64,000 nucleotides of DNA from Octopus bimaculoides (lineage: Eukaryota), in contig NC_068983.1 of assembly GCF_001194135.2 (NCBI RefSeq), positions 160,033,213-160,097,212 of the forward strand. Direction: 5' to 3'. Under the pieces are notes generated by a model, which saw only the letters and a list, made by a program, of their open reading frames with translations, did no database searches and was not told the origin of the DNA. This document shows positions 1-12,285 of the stretch, one piece after another; the first letter of the stretch is position 1, and each line of letters begins with the position of its first letter. A program made the position numbers and the translations under genes.

Positions 1-751
1 TGATTTTTTCCAACAATCTAGCCATTCTGTTTATATCCAACAAAACCTTCAAGATTTATATTTTTCTTTCATGTATTTTAGTAAATCTGTTCGGAAATTG
101 ATGTAAGTATGTTTCTATTAATGTAGTTGATACACTTAATTTGTGTGAGAGACCTAATTTGGGTGGCAGTATTAATTCATGAGTCTAATTAACACGTGTC
201 TAGTTCTTGTTTCCTTTTAGTGGCGTCTATTCTTTTGCAAGCATTCGAAGCCGATTATCAGTTTAAGGATAAATTCATCCCCACTACAAATCAAGCAGGC
301 TCTACTAAAGGTATTGAAAGATGCTTTCTTTCGCAGAGTAACCAACGATAAATGAACTATCAAACTTTACAAAATAGATAATGTAGTTTCCTCTTGAACT
401 ATATGGTGCAGTAAAACGTGATATTTATTATATTTAGCTCATAATAGAATGACAACTTGTCAGTGAAGTTTTCTTTTAGGGTAGTGTGTTAGAATTTTCT
501 TTGTGTGTTCGTGACTTTTGATATTGTGTTATTGTTCTTACTTGAAAAGTAATTTTAAATTCCTTTCGTATATTTTATATAAATTCTAATTAGGTTTGTG
601 GAGTTGGTGTACATTTTATTTAACCACTTATATAATTCGTACATGTTCTCTCTATGTGGTGACATACATTTTTAGTACATATGCTAGCTTGTTTGTTGTA
701 AATGCATAGTGTCAATCATTTTGATTACAAATCCGTTATTGATTACATGTG

Positions 752-762
752 CATATATACAT

Positions 763-806
<44 letters not shown>

Positions 807-838
807 GTATATGAGTGTGTGTGTGTGCACGCGCGCGC
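752..838. repeat. Compound (TACA)/(TA)n/(TG)n/(CG)n microsatellite
   Basis: Direct inspection. Similar compound tracts lie at 3105-3238, 3698-3775, 8231-8410, 9358-9525, 9812-9896, 23297-23521, 31760-31935, 51962-52013, 62347-62391 and 63955-64000. Confidence 0.95.
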
Positions 839-2449
839 TTGTGTGTAGGCGGAGTTTGTCTGGATAATTAAGAATTTCACAATATCGACGTCTCACGTTC
901 AGTCGCATTGCATGAAGGGTGCCATGTGTACACATACTATGATACAGTGGTTTGATAAAAAAATTCCAATGTAGGAGATGATATATCAGTGGAGTCCTAA
1001 GTGGGAAACTTTCCCACTAGTTGAACAACTCAGAAAATGTTTGACTGTTTTCCATTTTCAAGATTACTAACATCGGTTTCTCCGAATTTACCAAGAATTG
1101 AATAGCCTTAGTGTGTGACATAAACGTACAGATCTTAGGTGGATATATTTGACGGAAATAGAAGAAAAGAGACATAAGAAAGATAAATGCTTGCAGCTTC
1201 CTTTATCATTTTAACATTCTGCCACGTGTTTTGATATAAGTCTATTGCTAGTTAGGTCTGTATGAATATATGGAGGTTCATAGCTTAAAGCATATGCAAT
1301 TTTCAAGCCCATTGTTTGAAGTGTAACCGATTTCCATTCAACTGAGTGACTTTAAGAGCTAAAATGTCTAACAAGTGGTGGACTAGATACCGTGCAGAAG
1401 GTTGGTGGAATGCTTGGTTAGAGGGCTTGATTAGGAGATAATAAGTTGATAGAGCAGACGTTGTGATGGTACCATGAAAGCTGAATATAAGGTAGATAAA
1501 GAGTGCCAATATCCATAACCTACTCAATGTGAATGTATTGTTACAATGCCAGATATTGCAGCATTCGTCCCGAAGGAACCTCTCATAGCGCAGTGTTAAG
1601 AGCATACACATTGCTAGCAGCCGAGAATCGTCCGATATGGGCGCCAGAACTAACATATCACGTGGTTTCAGCGTACTGCGCTTCCTCAGTGACAGATACC
1701 CGTTCACGACATACCAGCCAAATGTCACTGTCAACGATATATAAAATAACAGCGTTTCGAAATCTCAGTCAGATTGCTAACATTTTAGTGTTAGTATGAG
1801 TTGCTGGTTCTGGTTCCTATCTACGAAATTTTCTCTTCTTTAAATATTAATATATAAATATTTCTCAATTAGTTAATAACCAGCAAACTCCTATATAATA
1901 TAACTCAAATATAGACAAAAAGAACAATCAGTATGTGTAAAGCGATATCAATAAAAAGCCAAAGATATAGTATCTAAATTAGAAACTATATCAACCATAC
2001 AATACTTAGCCAAGTGTAAAAAATATAACAAAATAAAAATTAGAAAGAGAAATTCATTCTAATTAACCCAGTCGAGAGTGAAATGGGACTGATTAGTAAA
2101 CATATCCTAAATGATAGCATTCCAATCAAGAAAGCCACAACAATGATAGCATTGCAATCAAAAAAGCCACCTCTAACAATAGAACAATAGCAATACTACA
2201 CTTAAGTGGTTTTACAATATTAGAAGCATAAATGTTAGCAGATTTACTAAATTCGATATTTTTTAATTTTATCCTTCTATTTTCAAGAACGTGTTTCAAA
2301 AACCCTTAACATTTGCCAAGAAATTTTAAACTACAAACAATAGTGGCATATAAATAATCATATATAACAAAAGCATTGTTATTTCATAAAACTTGTACCT
2401 AGAGAACAAAAACAATAATTTTAGTAAATATGGCGTTATTATGGGTTAA

Positions 2450-2830
2450 TTTTACGATTCTGAGCTACTCTGTATCATCGGCTTAAATACTATTTATTCG
2501 CATATGCTTTCTGACTAAAAATCCAAGATATTGGCGAAACCTTTCAGAATACTGTGATTCTGTGCATGATACAGAATAATAGGATTTTACTTAAAGTTGC
2601 CTTCAATAATTCCTCCCAACAAAATTACTAAACAATGTTCAGTAAACAATGTTCGGTACTTGAAACTCGTGTTGCATGTTTCTTTATTCGTCAAAAGACT
2701 TTTGACATCAGTAATAACCAGTGTAGAGCTACATGGAATATTTTTGTCATCACAGTGCCCTTCGATTAGCTTTTCTAAATCTGGTGGCGAATGTATTTCC
2801 GAGCTTTAGATATTTCATCGCTATAACATG
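2450..2830 (-). mobile_element. Possible highly decayed Penelope-like reverse transcriptase fragment
   Basis: A minus-strand open stretch reads ...STLVITDVKSLLTNKE..., resembling the Penelope RT motif (S.DV.SLFTN). It lies next to a clear Penelope endonuclease fragment. No other motif is intact. Confidence 0.3.
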
Positions 2831-3178
2831 ATTCTTTCCGTATCTCAAATCTCAAATTTTGCTCATAGAAATGAGTATATGACTATGTGACACATTCTCT
2901 AGCTTCTTTGTGTGTGTGCATATGGGGGTGTGCACTATCAATCCAGTTTTAATGTGTAATATCTAATTATATTAACGACATTACTTCTTTACTTGCGTGA
3001 AAATTACCCATTCTGTATATTTAGTATATATTTTCCCCGTTTGCAAACATAAACGTTCATCAATAAATCAATCAGGCGAGGTATCTCCCTCTCTTCCCAT
3101 GTGATTCTCTCTCTCTCCCTCTCTCTCTCCCTCCCTCTCTCTCTCTCTCTCTCTTTGCATATATATATATATATATTT

Positions 3179-3238
<60 letters not shown>

Positions 3239-3240
<2 letters not shown>

Positions 3241-3617
3241 AACATGCCCCAACCTACTTGAAGGCTCGAATTTCCTTTTCAAACAAGGAGAGAGTTTCAA
3301 AATTAAAACCAGTTTCACTTGTGCCTTAGAGAACCTAATATATGTAATAACCTGCTCGGGTTGTGGACAACACTATATTGGACAGACGAGTACGACTTGG
3401 AGACAGAGAACCACTCTACATAAAGAGCAAATCTGGTTGCCGCAATACAGATAAATTCCTCTGAGTGAACACAGAGAAACGTGCAAGTAACATCAAACCA
3501 ATTTTTACAGCCTTCCCCTTCTACTAGTGCAAAGATACAATTTCTCTACAAGAACATCTAAATAAGGAAACTTCTTTCATCGAAAAATACAGAACGCATC
3601 TAAATACACACGCATAA
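3239..3617 (+). mobile_element. Penelope-like element, GIY-YIG endonuclease remnant
   Basis: The frame of ORF 3101-3454 after the (GT)n run reads FTCALENLIYVITCSGCGQHYIGQTSTTWRQRTTLHKEQI, the typical Penelope NxIY..C..C..YIGQT...R...H GIY-YIG signature. Stops and frameshifts follow. Confidence 0.85.
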
Positions 3618-3714
3618 CCAACTTTGATCTCTTAACACATCTTAATTCACGATTACATCACTGTACATACATCTCCCCACTAAGCTAGTTTTCGAATTTG
3701 TGTGTGTGTGTGTG

Positions 3715-3777
<63 letters not shown>

Positions 3778-3989
3778 CCCCCCCCTACCGAAAGCTGAAC
3801 AGTTATCTCTCCTGCGCACAATAATAACAATAATAAGGATAACCAATTACATCCCCTTAGTTTTTCTACTTGTTCACTCAAAAATATCACACACAACATG
3901 GACCCAAAATTTTCTTCTTAAGAAATTACGTATTAAATAAGCAAAACCGGTCATACATATATATACATACCTACATATATATGTATATA

Positions 3990-4345
3990 TATACATGCAT
4001 ATATGGGTACAGGACGTAAAAAAACGTGAGGAAAATGAGACACGGGAACATAAAAAACAAAAACATGGAAAACGAACTTTTTTCGAACAATGAAAGAAAC
4101 AAATACAGAAACGAAACAGGTAACATAAAGAGCATTCCCTTCATCAGTTGTCCCCTGTTTTATCTACTCTGAGTTTCGAACGTAGGGACAAGACGCAACT
4201 TCGTTAAAACAGTCGTTCTCGCATACACACACACACACTCACACATAGGCTCGAAACGTAAAAGACTTCTATTTTTCCCGCGTGTCAAACTAATAAACTT
4301 GCTTGTTGTTCTTACACTTGTCTTCGTCTTTGTTTTCTATAAATG
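3990..4345. mobile_element. Penelope-type pseudo-LTR fragments with partial hammerhead-like motifs
   Basis: Downstream of the GIY-YIG remnant. Contains CTGATGA on the minus strand (4141-4147) and CGAAACGTA on the plus strand (4252-4260), followed by a T-rich tail. Confidence 0.45.
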
Positions 4346-4351
4346 TGAAGT

Positions 4352-4417
<66 letters not shown>

Positions 4418-4642
4418 NNNNNNNNNNNNNNNNNNNNNNNNNNNNNNNNNNNNNNNNNNNNNNNNNNNNNNNNNNNNNNNNNNNNNNNNNNNNNNNNNNN
4501 NNNNNNNNNNNNNNNNNNNNNNNNNNNNNNNNNNNNNNNNNNNNNNNNNNNNNNNNNNNNNNNNNNNNNNNNNNNNNNNNNNNNNNNNNNNNNNNNNNNN
4601 NNNNNNNNNNNNNNNNNNNNNNNNNNNNNNNNNNNNNNNNNN
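4418..4642. other. Assembly gap (N run)
   Basis: Other gaps are at 9897-10388, 12234-12243, 23572-24176, 36704-37111, 43338-43877, 52422-52633 and 56473-56482. Most abut microsatellites or repeats. Confidence 0.99.
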
Positions 4643-4964
4643 ATATATATATATATATATAAAAGACTTTATATATATAATTGAAAAAGTCTGTATATAT
4701 ATATATTTATTTATATGACTTACATATGTTCTTGAACCTCTCGAAGTTTCAAGCTAAGCCAATTCACACAAGCATACAGGAATGTATGCTTGTGTGAAGC
4801 AATACATACAGGTATATATGCATGTACGTATGTATGTATGTATGCATGTATGTATGTATGCATGCATGTATGTATGTATGTATGTATGTGTATGCGTGTG
4901 CGTATGCATATATTCTGCTATATTTACATATTACGCTTGAGTTTCATATTTGTATCATCGCTTA

Positions 4965-5001
<37 letters not shown>

Positions 5002-6279
5002 TTACTTTGTATGAATTTTAGTATGCTTCTATTTGCGTATATGTATGAGAGCATGTACATATATATTAACATGTTAACTGAAAGATAGACATATGACAGT
5101 TGGTTATACTTCAGTACGTTTTTTTTAAACTTTTTGTCGTAAAAATCTAATTTTATATCACTTGTATCTCTCACCATATCATTAATGGCCTTCCTTCTGG
5201 CACAAATAATAATATTTCTATGGAGACTGATTGCATCCGTGAAAACCAATTTACTTCAATATAGAAGCATTAATTTGCAGAGAACTTCTTTCATTACCTT
5301 TATTCTGCCTTTTATTGATGTTTATTGCAATGGAATATAGAAATATTTTTTGGTTTCAAATGAACATTTAATTCTATTTTAAAAACCATAGCTCGATTAT
5401 TGTAAGCTTGTTAATAAGATGGGTAACGCCCCTGAAAGAACACTTTAACATCTGACGTGTAAACTTTTATGGTAGCATTTCTTTGACAGTGATTGAATTA
5501 TTTGAGTTACAATCAAACCAGTATCATTTCAAATTAAGAAACAGCATGACTATGATTATATATTAAAGAAATAAGTTGTATGTTGCCATGGTCAATGGAA
5601 GCGTTTTCTAAAAACGTTAAAAGTGTATGGTTGGTGTACAAATCTAATTCTGGAGGTTTGTGGGTTTGAGATGAGTATTCATAAATGAACTGTAGATACA
5701 CACAATTCTGCGAAAGAAAGACTGAGTCAAGAGCTTAATCTCTGATCTTAGATTAAAATTAGGATATGTGTGTTATAGAAGTGGCCTGTGTAAGTGAACT
5801 TAGGTTGTAAATTGCATATTTGAAGACTTCAGAAAACAAATTATTATAATAGTCATAGAAGAAACGAAACAAAATACACATAGAAAGTTAGTGGACACTC
5901 TGTTAATAACTCGATGGCTCGTAATCGATGTCCACCGCGCATCAATGTCAATTCACTCAATTTGAAGTACTCCATAGGAAAACGGCACACCTCTAAATAT
6001 GAAGAAGACATTCATTCTGAAGCTAAAAGTGCTTTAATAAACACTGCTTTTTTTCGGATATTTTTGCACGTTTGATCAAATATAGAAAAATTATTAACAT
6101 AATCCTGCTTTCAGTTCTATCTTCAACATTTAAATATTTATTCGAAAATAAAAGAGGAAAACCATTCTTGACCTGTAATGCGTACATGTATGTATGCATC
6201 CATGAAAAATTGCATATATGCATGCATACATAAACTACTGGTTTCCAAATCCAGTCGATTAATGGTACATTGAAAAGTT

Positions 6280-7520
6280 GAAGCATATGTCCAGAAACTG
6301 AAAGATATTGAGAAAGAATCAAAATGGCTTTCGAAGACGATGATTAATTAGCGCTCGAATTAATAGGTTTTGGAGAGTTCTTGGAAGTGTGAAAACTAAA
6401 AACCTAAATACTATTCTGTTTTCGTTGATTTCTCCAAAGCCTCCGGCTCGATTCGTAGAGGTAAAATGGAAGAAATACTGCTAGCACATGGGACACTAGA
6501 TGAAACAGTAACAGCTATGTTATGATGCTCTACAAAAACACATTCAATGGTATGATCTCCAGATAGCGATACAGATTTCCTTGAAATTGTTGCAGGCGTA
6601 TTATAAGGTGCACCTTAACACGCTATATATATTCATCATTCACCTGAATTACGTTCTCAAGATATCCTCAAAGGAGTAATAGATATCCTGCCACAAAAAT
6701 CACAGATGCAGGTTATGTTGATGATTTAGTGCTAATCTCCGGTCTAATAAACCAAGTAGAAATCTTTCTCCGTTGTCTTGAACATTTAACCAAAGATAAC
6801 GGTCTTCATGTCAGGTTACAACCCAGACAAACAGAATACATTAGCATAAATCAAAATGGAACAACCAAAATAGTATATGGCACACCTCTCAATTGGATAG
6901 AAGAATTTAGTTATCTGCCTAGTAAAATCTCAAGCTGTGAAAACGATCCAAACATTGTTAAAGCCTGGAGCGCTGTCGACAAGTTATCTCTAGAATAGAA
7001 ATGAAGACTTCTAGATAGCATGAGAAGGAACCTATTTAAAGTAACTGCTATCTTTGTTCTATTGTATGGTTGTCCACGGAACTTTAACTCAAAATTGCAA
7101 GGAAATTGAATGGAGCCTATACACGCGAGCTAAGAGTGGCTTTGAATGTCACCTGGATAGATCGCCTAACCACTGAGTGTTTAGACAACTTCGCCTAGTA
7201 TCAGATATAATAAAAGTGCGAAGTTTCAGACAACATATGGAAAACTTCATCTGGTATCAGACGTCATCAAAGAGCGTAGATTCAGATTCGCAGGGTACTG
7301 CTGGAGAGCTAAAATTGAAGTTGTTGTTGAAGTTCTTTTATGGGAGCTTACGCAAGGAAGAGCTAGCAGACGATGACAATCTAAGATCTATTACATATGA
7401 AGCAGATTTGTAACGACATAAAATACAATCCTTCTAGCCTACCGAATATGAAGAATAAAATGAATGATGATAGAGAGCCACGGAAATTCGTGGTAGCAGT
7501 GCGACCAGATGATAAGATAG
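6280..7520 (+). mobile_element. 5'-truncated, decayed RTE-clade LINE (RT and C-terminal region)
   Basis: Frameshifted motifs KNQNGFRR, FVDFSKA..SIxRGKMEEILLA, and ORF 6729-6998 (GLHV...TEYI...EEFSYL.S.I.S.E.D..IVKAWSA.DKLS), then LLYGC..TL and NGAYTR..R.ALNV.W. Confidence 0.85.
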
Positions 7521-7701
7521 AAATGATCTTTTTTTTTTTTTGTAAAGTTTTATAAAAAGAACAACTCATATCAAACTGACGGATCACTCAATACGTATTT
7601 ATGAATTTTTACAAGGAAAAGGTTAAGAGAGATTTCGAATTTTCGGCTTATGAACCATAACATAGTACATCACCATTCTACTTCTTCTCCATATACATGT
7701 A

Positions 7702-7919
7702 TCTTTTCTACACTAGGCACAAAGACCGAAATTTTGGGGAAGGGGGGGGCAGGCGATTAGATCTACCCCAGTACGCAACTGGCACTTAATTTATCGACCC
7801 CCAAAAGATGAAAGGCAAAGTCGACCTCGGCAAAATTTGAACTCAGAACGTAAAGACAGACGAAATACCGCTAAGCATTTTGTCCGGCATGCTAACGCTT
7901 CTGCCAGCTCGTCGCCTTA
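7702..7919 (-). mobile_element. tRNA-derived SINE family A, near full length
   Basis: Reverse complement reads TAAGGCGACGAGCTGGCAGAAGCGTTAGC...GAGTTCAAATTTTGCCGAGGTCGACTTTGCCTTTCATC...TTGTGCCTAGTGTAGAAAAGA. The same family recurs at 39.4, 43.9, 44.3, 50.1, 54.6, 56.9 and 61.2 kb. Confidence 0.9.
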
Positions 7920-8362
7920 CCCCATCTACATGTATATCTGATCAAACCCAAACAAAAAACTTCCTTTATCAAACCATAGAAACTCTCTCCTTCATCCCTT
8001 CCTCTCTGCAAACTATCTAAGACAAATATTGTCCTCCTAACTTTCTCCCTGATCCCTTTACTGCATAATCACTTTTTAATCTGCCTACACTACACGTGAT
8101 TTGTATTTACATTTCACGAAAAGAATCCTGCATGAAAAAATAATGAAACCTGAAAGGCTAAAGTAATCCAAGGTGTAATGATGGCTTGTAATCCGACAGT
8201 TCAACGTTTCTACCAACCTTCAAATTTCCGACACACACACACACACACACACGCACACACGCACAAACACACACACACAAACAAACACACACACACACAC
8301 ACACACAAGCACACACACACACACAGACATACACACATTTATATATATATATATGTGTGTGG

Positions 8363-8405
<43 letters not shown>

Positions 8406-8537
8406 TATATTTCGCTTAGTCACTGAGATTAACAATCTAGTGTAGAACTCAGTATTCGTATGTTTCAGAATGAAGTGTCCGATGAGTATAGAGCGGTAAT
8501 AAAAAAAAAAAGAGATGATACAGAATAAATATACACC

Positions 8538-9355
8538 TACGAGGGTGGGCTGAAAATTTACAGGCTGATAGGCTGACGATGAAGGAACGATGCTAGAGTT
8601 GTGAAATCTTGTGTGCATTAATTTCAGTACTCTTATTAATAACTATATCTTTTCTTTCCAGTTAAACTGACATTTGACTGTTCAAAGAAGTTTCAAATGT
8701 AACTAATAGTGACTCGTCTTGAAAATGGACAAAATTTGGCATCGTAGTGTTGCCACGTACTTGCAGAGAAGGACTTTAACTCCAAGCACATTCATACCGA
8801 TATGGTTGCTACATTAGGGTACGATGCTTAATAGTGCAAAAGTGGGCGGCCGAATTTAGTGAGGAAAAGAGTCTTGAAGGTGACCCAAAGTCTGGACATT
8901 CTGCAACTGCGACTACCGAGGAAAATATGGGTTTTGTTTACCACATGCTCATAGATGGCAGACGATTGATTATAAATCAAGTAACCAATGCTATTAGCAT
9001 ATTCCTGTGAGAGATTTTAGTTAATTCTGCAAAATGATCTCGGCATGAAGGTTTTTCATCGGTGGGTACCGCTTCTTCTGACACTTGATCAAAAGCTGAC
9101 CAGGCTGATCACATTGCATGAGGCAGATCCAGTTGGTTTCTTTGAACGTTTCCTAACTCAGTGATTTTTTTTTGTCCATCATTTTGAGCCAGAGACAAAG
9201 GGACGATTCATGCAGCAGAAACACCCCTCCTCACTTGCTTCAAGAAGGCTAAAGTTGTTTCATCTGCAGAGACGTTCATGGTCTCAGATTTTGGGGTGTA
9301 AAATGGCCGCACCATCAGTGGAGAGTATTATGCCAACTTACTGAGGCAGTTACGA
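8538..9355 (+). mobile_element. Mariner DNA transposon remnant (5' TIR plus frameshifted transposase), 3' end lost at a microsatellite
   Basis: TIR TACGAGGGTGGGCTGAAAA at 8538 and ATG at 8725 (MDKIWHR...). Frameshifted motifs ESLEGDPKSGHSATATTEEN, RWVPLLLT (WVP motif), HHFEPETK and KKAKVVSSA. Confidence 0.9.
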
Positions 9356-9361
9356 TATAAT

Positions 9362-9444
<83 letters not shown>

Positions 9445-9811
9445 CAGAGAGAGGGGGGATGAGAGGGGGAGAGAGAGAGAGATACATGCATGTATACATA
9501 TACATATGTATGTATTCATGAAAGCATGTATCTATTTACTACATAAAGATACTAACGTATAAACTAAAAGTCCAAAGGCCCCACTTAATGTATTAACTAA
9601 GATATCATTATACAAATATTGATCTTTCACACTAAAATATTTCTCAAAATTACTTTAATAAATGGATTATAGTATTAACGATGTTTACTTAATAGGAAGA
9701 AATATCACTATTGCTTATATATTATCAATGAGATTCCATGATCGAAATACTGATTGAAATGCGCCTATATATGTCTGTGTGTGTGTTGGTACATAACTAC
9801 ATATGTACTCC

Positions 9812-9869
<58 letters not shown>

Positions 9870-10388
9870 TATATATATACATATATATATATATATNNNN
9901 NNNNNNNNNNNNNNNNNNNNNNNNNNNNNNNNNNNNNNNNNNNNNNNNNNNNNNNNNNNNNNNNNNNNNNNNNNNNNNNNNNNNNNNNNNNNNNNNNNNN
10001 NNNNNNNNNNNNNNNNNNNNNNNNNNNNNNNNNNNNNNNNNNNNNNNNNNNNNNNNNNNNNNNNNNNNNNNNNNNNNNNNNNNNNNNNNNNNNNNNNNNN
10101 NNNNNNNNNNNNNNNNNNNNNNNNNNNNNNNNNNNNNNNNNNNNNNNNNNNNNNNNNNNNNNNNNNNNNNNNNNNNNNNNNNNNNNNNNNNNNNNNNNNN
10201 NNNNNNNNNNNNNNNNNNNNNNNNNNNNNNNNNNNNNNNNNNNNNNNNNNNNNNNNNNNNNNNNNNNNNNNNNNNNNNNNNNNNNNNNNNNNNNNNNNNN
10301 NNNNNNNNNNNNNNNNNNNNNNNNNNNNNNNNNNNNNNNNNNNNNNNNNNNNNNNNNNNNNNNNNNNNNNNNNNNNNNNNNNNNNNNN

Positions 10389-10422
<34 letters not shown>

Positions 10423-10539
10423 CATATGCTTTTGTGTAAACATTTCCAAACCCTGATTTATAGAGAGAGTTTGAAGTTACCTTTAAGTCCTTCTCGTTTA
10501 CAGAGAATTGAATGTGTACATAATTTCTTGATATTGTAG

Positions 10540-10712
10540 AGTTTATTTATTTATTATTTACAATGGATGGATAAGTGTCCTTACCTTGTTTTTTGTTACC
10601 ACAACGTTTCGGTTGATGTACTCTCCAGCCTTCACCAGGTGTTCTGATAGAATTTCGAATCCAACTCTTTATTTAACTAATGGGGTACTCTGTTCTCATT
10701 CCTAAGGTATTC
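10540..10712 (-). mobile_element. Short Penelope-LTR/retrozyme-like element
   Basis: Minus strand GAATACCTTAGGAATGAGAAC...hammerhead-like motif...AAATAATAAATAAAT A-rich tail, with no ORF. Confidence 0.6.
10598..10645 (-). ncRNA. Degenerate minimal type I hammerhead ribozyme motif
   Basis: Minus strand AACAC-CTGGTGA-A-GGCTG-GAGAGTACAT-CAACC-GAAAC-GTT-GTG: core CUGANGA with an A>G change, stem II GGCTG/CAACC with one mismatch, GAAAC, palindromic stem III (AACGTT), and stem I CAC/GTG. Confidence 0.6.
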
Positions 10713-10736
10713 TTTTCTTTTTGCTGATGTTTTTTT

Positions 10737-10810
10737 CCCAAATCCCACCTGAGATTGAACTCAATATTTGAGGGTTAGTAACCTACGCTCTTACCCACTT
10801 CGCTATAAGT
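10737..10810 (-). mobile_element. Isolated tRNA-like SINE head remnant
   Basis: Minus strand TAGCGAAGTGGGTAAGAGCG...GAGTTCAATCTCAGG, with degenerate A- and B-box-like motifs. The cloverleaf is not intact. Confidence 0.4.
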
Positions 10811-12193
10811 CTGTAGAGTTTATTTCGTTCATTAAAGACACATAATGTTAAGTGTTACGTTTGCAATTTGTCTCCGAATATTGTGTTGATTTATATGTTT
10901 GTTCGTTATCAGCGTCTATTTTATTCTTTAGGCAACAGGATTCACTTCTGTTTACTTAATTTTTCTACCCCAAAAGTAGGTTTTGTTAATATTTATTCAA
11001 CTCTTAAAACAACAGCACCCATAAATAAATGAGAATGTAATAAAATTAATTGGTTATTGTAAAGAAGTGATACTCTGGATTGTTTTGTCTGTGTTAATCA
11101 TTTAATACATATTTTATCCATTTTGAAATAGCTACGGGAAAATTTTATTCCAGCATCATACTTTCATACGAGTGATAAGTATATATTTCAATTTTTCACA
11201 AGGTGCAACTTTCCCAATATTTTCAATATGATCGTTTCTAAAACAAGTATCTTGAGTTGATAAAAATAATGGAAACCCGAATATTTGTAAAAATCTTATG
11301 ATTTTATATTAGTATTTATGACCACATATACAATGCCTTGCTATCGTCAAAGATCTATAAAATGTTACTTGATTATATTATTATGAAAGCGCAGCCCATC
11401 GAGGAGCAGCATCAGATCTTTTCGACCTGCTAGAAATGATAGCTAAATTTCCTCAAATTGTGCCATACAGTTTTGAAAATGAAGAAGCTACTAGATAATG
11501 TCATAATACATGCATGTTGCCTAGAAAAAAAAAAGCAGAAACGTAATTGAGTCTGGAGGCTATTAGATTATAGGTTTGCTAAATCATGGTTGGTACGGGA
11601 TTAAATAACAACAAAACAACTGTTTACACAGACGGAGATGATTGTTTATATTTCCTGAATTGCTAAGTACTGTCTTAAATGTTTTCCAAGAGACATACAA
11701 ATCAGTGTTTCGATCATGGAATCTCATTGATAATATATAAACAATAGTGAATGCGTTCATATTAAGTATACTTTGTTGATACTGTAGTCCATTTATTAAA
11801 GTAATTTAGAGAAAATATTTTAGTGTGAAAGACCAATACTTGTGTAATGATATCTTAGTCAATACATTAAGTATGATCTTTGGACTTATAGCTTGTACTA
11901 AGTGTTTTTATGTATATTACTAATATTTTGTAATTCTTTATCATATTTGTATATCAATAGTTTAAGACAATGCTTACACCTTATGCATTGAATTAATGTA
12001 TTTTATTTATTTCCTGACAATACATTAACGAAAGAATTTCAGAGTAGAATACCATTCGCCATGTTTTCTGTGAAGTTCTTCGAAATGATAACGATGACTA
12101 TGATGGCAAATATGGCAATGATGATGATAATGCTCCAAACTACTGCTTCTGACGATGCTAATGGTGATGACTACAACAACAAAAATAATGATA

Positions 12194-12195
<2 letters not shown>

Positions 12196-12233
<38 letters not shown>

Positions 12234-12243
12234 NNNNNNNNNN

Positions 12244-12284
<41 letters not shown>
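12196..12284. repeat. (ATT)n microsatellite spanning a 10-N gap
   Basis: Direct inspection; it explains the poly-I and poly-Y ORFs. Confidence 0.95.

Positions 12285-12285
<1 letters not shown>

Noticed and set aside
2110-2170. 29-bp tandem duplication (period 32)
   Set aside because: Only two units with no spacer diversity. This is ordinary slippage, not a CRISPR-like array. The 12-bp duplication at ~20085-20110 inside the Dong copy is the same kind of event.
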